The notes below the pieces were generated by a model that was not told the origin of the DNA, searched no databases, and was given only the letters and a program-made list of their open reading frames with translations. Below are positions 29,436 through 33,703 of a DNA stretch of 33,703 nucleotides, in pieces (positions within the stretch are counted from its first letter, which is position 1; each line of letters starts with the position of its first letter). The stretch covers positions 1 through 33,703 of the forward strand of contig JANWJI010000043.1 in the NCBI GenBank assembly GCA_025449515.1. The letters are read 5' to 3'. Source of the stretch: Nitrososphaeraceae archaeon. Lineage in GTDB: Archaea; Thermoproteota; Nitrososphaeria; Nitrososphaerales; Nitrososphaeraceae. The position numbers were made by a program, and so were the translations under genes.

Positions 29436-29740
29436 GCAAAAGAAAAGTACTAACTGAATCCCATCTTAAGGAACTAGTGAAGCCTCAAACTGGCGAATTA
29501 CTAGGACGCGTCATAAAGTTAGTGGGTGGAGACAATGTTATTGTAAAGTGCACAGATGGCAAGGTCAGAACCTGTCGTATTAGAGGAAAAATTAAGAGAA
29601 GAATGTGGATACGTGATCATGATTTGGTATTAATTGCTCCATGGGATTTCCAAGCAGATAAGGCAGATATTATTTGGAGATACATTGCTGCTCACGCCGA
29701 TAAGCTTGAACAAGACGGCTATCTTGATGGATTAAAATAG
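29432..29740 (+). CDS. eif1a: Translation initiation factor aIF-1A
   Basis: GRVIKLVGGD, CRIRGKIKRRMWIR, VLIAPWDFQ and ADIIWRY motifs. The frame extends upstream of GTG 29477 as (TTA)GKRKVLTESHLKEL, with a stop at 29426-29428. The start position is inferred. Confidence 0.93.
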   Translation, partial: LGKRKVLTESHLKELVKPQTGELLGRVIKLVGGDNVIVKCTDGKVRTCRIRGKIKRRMWIRDHDLVLIAPWDFQADKADIIWRYIAAHADKLEQDGYLDGLK

Positions 29741-30155
29741 CCCAAACACAGGCGCTTCGAAATATCCACACAATGATTGAGCTATGAATTAATACGACAA
29801 TAGTCGAAATATGGTACTCAATGATTGAATGTCGATGTAGACCTGATGCGTGCTATCCGGGATTTGTGACTCTAGCCGTATTTAGGCTTGAATCTTTATA
29901 CTACAACAACTAGGCTGTATTTGATAGTGCAGAAATTTTCGAATTATTAACCACGTAAAAATGTAGACAAATCCCCAGGTTTTGTTACAGACATCGGTAA
30001 AAATAATGGATTTCATATGAGTCTATCGAATTTCTAATCCGTTTATCAAAAATTTATAATTCATCTATTTAAGACATTATAGTATTTCGGAAGAGTGTAC
30101 GTATGAACTAAAAATAGAACTGAGTACGACGAATATTACCATAAATAAATCAAAC

Positions 30156-30329
30156 TCATAGATCATCAATAGGATATTTAGATAAACATGCGGAACATTC
30201 GTAGATCTCTTTCCCAACAGGTCCAGATACGTTGAACTTTACAACTGTAGTACATTTAGGACATCTGCCTTGTACACTACGACTCTTTGTCTGCGGCCTA
30301 ATAAGTTTCCGTCTTCTTCTTCCTCCCAT
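30156..30329 (-). CDS. Small Elf1-like zinc-ribbon protein (57 aa, below the ORF-track cutoff)
   Basis: MGGRRRRKLIRPQTKSRSVQGRCPKCTTVVKFNVSGPVGKEIYECSACLSKYPIDDL*: basic N-terminus and two CxxC pairs. Confidence 0.85.
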   Translation of the reverse strand: MGGRRRRKLIRPQTKSRSVQGRCPKCTTVVKFNVSGPVGKEIYECSACLSKYPIDDL

Positions 30330-30720
30330 TGTTTCTATCGTAAGTGTTGATACACATTCGACATTTTTACCTATCTAAGTACGGCTAAGCTCCTACAATG
30401 ATTTTATAGATTGGCACGTATGCGACAGTTTTTTTCAGCCAGGTGACCCCAAATTGATTTTGAGGGATTAAATGGAAATCTAATACTGATTACATTTAAC
30501 ATATCTATGGTTATCGTTAGATCCTGTAAAACTAACGGTATTAACATCTATTCAATATAGCCAATCTGAGATGCTCCCGTCTATCTCTATGTTTAGGCAT
30601 CAAGAGCTGTAAACCAAGTAGAAATTTGCGTGACTTTCACTGAAAATCCGCACCCGCGCAATGTCCATATCAGTTCAAGTTGGAATTAACTATTTTCTAA
30701 GTTTTATATGTGCGGCAAAT

Positions 30721-31362
30721 CTACCTAGACACAAATTTAATCTTGTCGAGGTACGTAGGAAGGTCACTAATAAAAGACATGAAATTACGGATAGGTACGA
30801 CTGGGATTTCTTCAACCAGTTTTATAGCCATTGGATAAAGAGTAAGTATTACTGGAATCGATGAAGATACAGTTTTTCTATTTGACATGAATACGTATGC
30901 CCTGTGAATTTGCTTTATCGCGTAAAATGTTATTGATTTTAAATCATTTCGCCGCCAATGCTTACAATCAATCAATATGGCTAGTTTGGAGGAATTGTTG
31001 GTTCCAACAACATCAATTTCCATTCTACGAGGTTTATTAAACCGTACATTGCACTCAGTTTCATATCCAGACAAGTTAAGAATTTCCGAAGCGAACATCT
31101 CAAAATCTCTCCAGGTTAGAATTTTCGATATAGATTCAACATCATTCCCACTTTTTAATGCAAAAATTGCAAGTTTGATTCGATCTGAATCAGAGAACAC
31201 ATAGCTATTTTGGGATGTACGACCGATTCCGTTATCCAATAAATATTGTATAACTTGTTTAGAGACTGACCGACTGTTAACAGCCAGTCTGCTTTGAAAA
31301 TCATTTGGAGTTAATTCTGGCATTATTGCATGCATAGCTTTCACTAAAAGTAAAGGATCCAC
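30721..31362 (-). CDS. Mrr-like PD-(D/E)xK restriction endonuclease-fold protein
   Basis: LTWRDFEMFASEIL...GY, EIDVVG and ILIDCKHW motifs; helical N-terminal region. Confidence 0.85.
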   Translation of the reverse strand: MDPLLLVKAMHAIMPELTPNDFQSRLAVNSRSVSKQVIQYLLDNGIGRTSQNSYVFSDSDRIKLAIFALKSGNDVESISKILTWRDFEMFASEILNLSGYETECNVRFNKPRRMEIDVVGTNNSSKLAILIDCKHWRRNDLKSITFYAIKQIHRAYVFMSNRKTVSSSIPVILTLYPMAIKLVEEIPVVPIRNFMSFISDLPTYLDKIKFVSR

Positions 31363-31921
31363 ATGATATGATCAGTACTCAGATATTTGAATTAGATAGA
31401 AATAGCTTAAATTTCGTTAAGGTGTACTGTCTTACATTAAGTAACTAATTTGATTTTCAAATGCTATGTGATACATTTAGAAAAATTCAAGATCTATCTG
31501 AAAATAGCATATTCAGTGTAGCCGGTGACAACTAGTAATAAGATTAGCCGAGGAAGCTTGCGATTGTTAACTTGAAATCGAAACCCGTATCTAAACCTGT
31601 GATACCAATGCAATGAAGGACCTAGTCTCACCGGAATAGAAGTATGGACAATGCATACATTATCTTATTCAAGTGGAATTAACAAGTTAATAGACAAAAT
31701 GAGAATCAAGGATCATTCGTGTTGACAAGTATCGACAGTGTAATGCCACAATCTACCGAGATTCATTTCAAGATATGTTCAGGTGAATCTTATCTTAGAA
31801 CATCTTAGAACATCGAATAACCTTCCTATCGTAATATTTTTTAGAAAGGGGATAGAGCAGTATGTACAGCCTTACCTAGATTGTGTGCCAGTATTAATAA
31901 AAAAACAGAAAGGATATAGAT

Positions 31922-32104
31922 ATGGATAATGTCAATTGCAACATTTGTGAAATGCCATTGGAGATTTCCAACCTAGAACAGCATATAGCCTCTCAAATCC
32001 ACTTAAGAAACAAAGCTCATTTAGACACAAAACTCAGAATTGTTAATATAACTGAGCTAAGGCAGCAATCTGTATTACATAAATGGTTAGAATCGGCATC
32101 GTGA
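31922..32104 (+). CDS. Small C2H2-type zinc-finger protein
   Basis: CNIC-x11-H-x5-H pattern (CNICEMPLEISNLEQHIASQIH); TTAATAAA box upstream. Confidence 0.7.
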   Translation: MDNVNCNICEMPLEISNLEQHIASQIHLRNKAHLDTKLRIVNITELRQQSVLHKWLESAS

Positions 32105-32209
32105 ATAGATTTAATTTCCGGTCAACTGTGTACCTGCCATATTTATGAATGACACATCGATACTGTAACTGACTGGTTACTTTATTTTCTTATTACAAAT
32201 TTGTGAGAG

Positions 32210-32467
32210 TTACTGAGCAAAATTAGGAGTTGTTTGTGAATGAATATCATTGTAGGTCTCCAAATAAGACATTCCCTTCAGGGTTGTTAGGTATTTCTTA
32301 TCGATATGCCTATACGCGATCAGGTCATATACTAATAGAATATGAAGGTATTTCGTTAGGTCTACCGAAGATAACGAAGTTCTGGAAATTATTGCCGATG
32401 ATTGGATACCTACTGTGGCTGCCTCCAAAATGAATTCTACTATGTCGCTAGGGTTTCCAAATGTCAT
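32210..32467 (-). CDS. Winged helix-turn-helix transcriptional regulator (small archaeal type)
   Basis: DIVEFILEAA...SAIISRTSLS...LTKYLHILL...KYLTTLKGMSYLE matches the archaeal small wHTH pattern. Confidence 0.8.
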   Translation of the reverse strand: MTFGNPSDIVEFILEAATVGIQSSAIISRTSLSSVDLTKYLHILLVYDLIAYRHIDKKYLTTLKGMSYLETYNDIHSQTTPNFAQ

Positions 32468-32850
32468 AATGAGATCAACTAATACCTTTAGAACTGCTAT
32501 TTATGAAAAGCTCTTACAAATTCTCGTTCTAATGTCAGGTTCTATCAAATAATACTCTTATCCTGCGAGTTCATGACTAACATTTTCACGATATATTTCA
32601 AGGTTCTTGTATTCACAGTATGAGATATAACATATTGTGATAATAATTTGGTCAGTCTATTCAGTTACTGCGATTCGTGATCATAGTCATTGAAATCAAA
32701 ACTATTGTAAAAATAGATTTGATCGGACTGTAAGTCAGTAGCTAGCTAATCAAATGAACCACACATATTTTACTAAACATAGATACAAATATTTATCTTG
32801 CAAGTTCCTTAGATATTACTTTATCAATTAAAAGAAGCTTAATAAACTAT

Positions 32851-32868
32851 TGGAGTTATTTAACTCCA
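32851..32868. promoter_or_regulatory. Palindromic operator candidate
   Basis: TGGAGTTA-TT-TAACTCCA has perfect 8-bp arms and lies about 45 nt upstream of the TATA-like box of the discoidin gene. Confidence 0.55.
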
Positions 32869-32940
32869 GTTACGTCAGAAGTATTCCCCATGTACATTTA
32901 ACTCAAATCCACTAATAATATACCAACACAATAAGATACG

Positions 32941-33703
32941 TTGATATCTGAAAATCAAAGATTGTTACTTACACTATCTCTATTGTTACTAGCTGTAGCT
33001 ATGTGTACATTTTCAACATATAACATGGTTCTCGCGGACAATAACAAGAAATTATCAATACAATGTGCAGATACCGTACCATGCTTAAACGGGATTTGCA
33101 TAGGTGACTCATGCTCACCCGCGAAGGGTCATGAATATACGTCTGATGCATCTCATAAGACAAAACAATCGATTAACTTTGAAAATTCCTCCAACAGCTT
33201 TGAACAGGTTAGATCTAGCACAAACTCTATGGATATGTATCAAAATACAAATAATGACAATATGTGTATTAAATCTCCAGTCTCGACAGTGATCAACACT
33301 TCAGGAAAAAAGGATTTGAAAGAGGATGTTAAAAAGGTATTCGACAATAATCCCAATACAAAATGGTCATTGAAAGGCGGCAGATCATATATTCAAATGG
33401 ATTTAGGTGAAATTAAAAATATTTGTAGCATAGACATTCACTGGTACAAGGGAGAAAAGGGAACATATCACTTTGCGATATCTACGTCGATTGATGGGAT
33501 TACGTTCACGAATATTTTAAGAGGAACAAGTGATGGCACAAGTATAGCATCAGAAAACTATCCAATCATAAAGGAGGTGCAGGGCAGATATATCAGACTT
33601 GATGCTTCTAGGGACTCGGATGTGTCTGGCGTGTCCGAAATAGGAATATATACGAAAAATATTAAAAACACGAATGCATCTGCGGCTCAATCGCAGCAAT
33701 ATC
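32941..33703 (+). CDS. Secreted F5/8 type C (discoidin/CBM32-like) domain protein, 5' part; runs off the right edge
   Basis: Open frame from TTG 32941: signal peptide, a Cys-rich segment, then VFDNNPNTKWS...YIQMDLGE...ICSIDIHWYKG...STSIDGITF...GRYIRL...VSEIGIY. It is missing from the ORF track because there is no stop in the window. Confidence 0.9.
   Translation, partial: MISENQRLLLTLSLLLLAVAMCTFSTYNMVLADNNKKLSIQCADTVPCLNGICIGDSCSPAKGHEYTSDASHKTKQSINFENSSNSFEQVRSSTNSMDMYQNTNNDNMCIKSPVSTVINTSGKKDLKEDVKKVFDNNPNTKWSLKGGRSYIQMDLGEIKNICSIDIHWYKGEKGTYHFAISTSIDGITFTNILRGTSDGTSIASENYPIIKEVQGRYIRLDASRDSDVSGVSEIGIYTKNIKNTNASAAQSQQY

Noticed and set aside
31792..31814. ATCTTAGAAC x2 tandem
   Set aside because: A short slippage-type duplication with no further structure.

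Overview
AT-rich, gene-sparse archaeal chromosomal segment. The gene set (Hel308, aIF-1A, archaeal-type ValRS, Alg7/AglH-type transferase, MEDS, NHL, PQQ-type dehydrogenase and discoidin proteins) points to a Nitrososphaerales-type ammonia-oxidising thaumarchaeote; this taxonomy is an inference. The left end (1-1942, minus strand) holds a decayed respiratory module: a cupredoxin 5' part, an out-of-frame CuA subunit II C-terminus, and a B-type-like heme-copper oxidase subunit I broken by a stop and about five indels. The stretch from 2.6 to 17 kb is mostly membrane and secreted proteins with long spacers. The 18-30 kb stretch is mostly housekeeping: FMN reductase, hel308, GlcNAc-1-P transferase, hemD, a C/D-box sRNA, valS, a RAD55/KaiC-like ATPase-Zn-class III cyclase fusion and aIF-1A. 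The right end has an Elf1-like zinc ribbon missed by the ORF track, an Mrr-like nuclease, a C2H2 protein, a wHTH regulator and a discoidin protein running off the window. Best leads: (1) aIF-1A apparently starting at a TTA codon overlapped by the stop of a 5-codon uORF; (2) three dif-like TAA-N6-TTA dyads with identical spacers at 17.07-17.81 kb, two of them in a 77-bp tandem duplication; (3) the pseudogenised B-like oxidase; (4) the ATPase-cyclase fusion with non-canonical nucleotide-specificity residues. No CRISPR array, rRNA, tRNA or transposase was seen. All calls come from reading the sequence; no searches were run.
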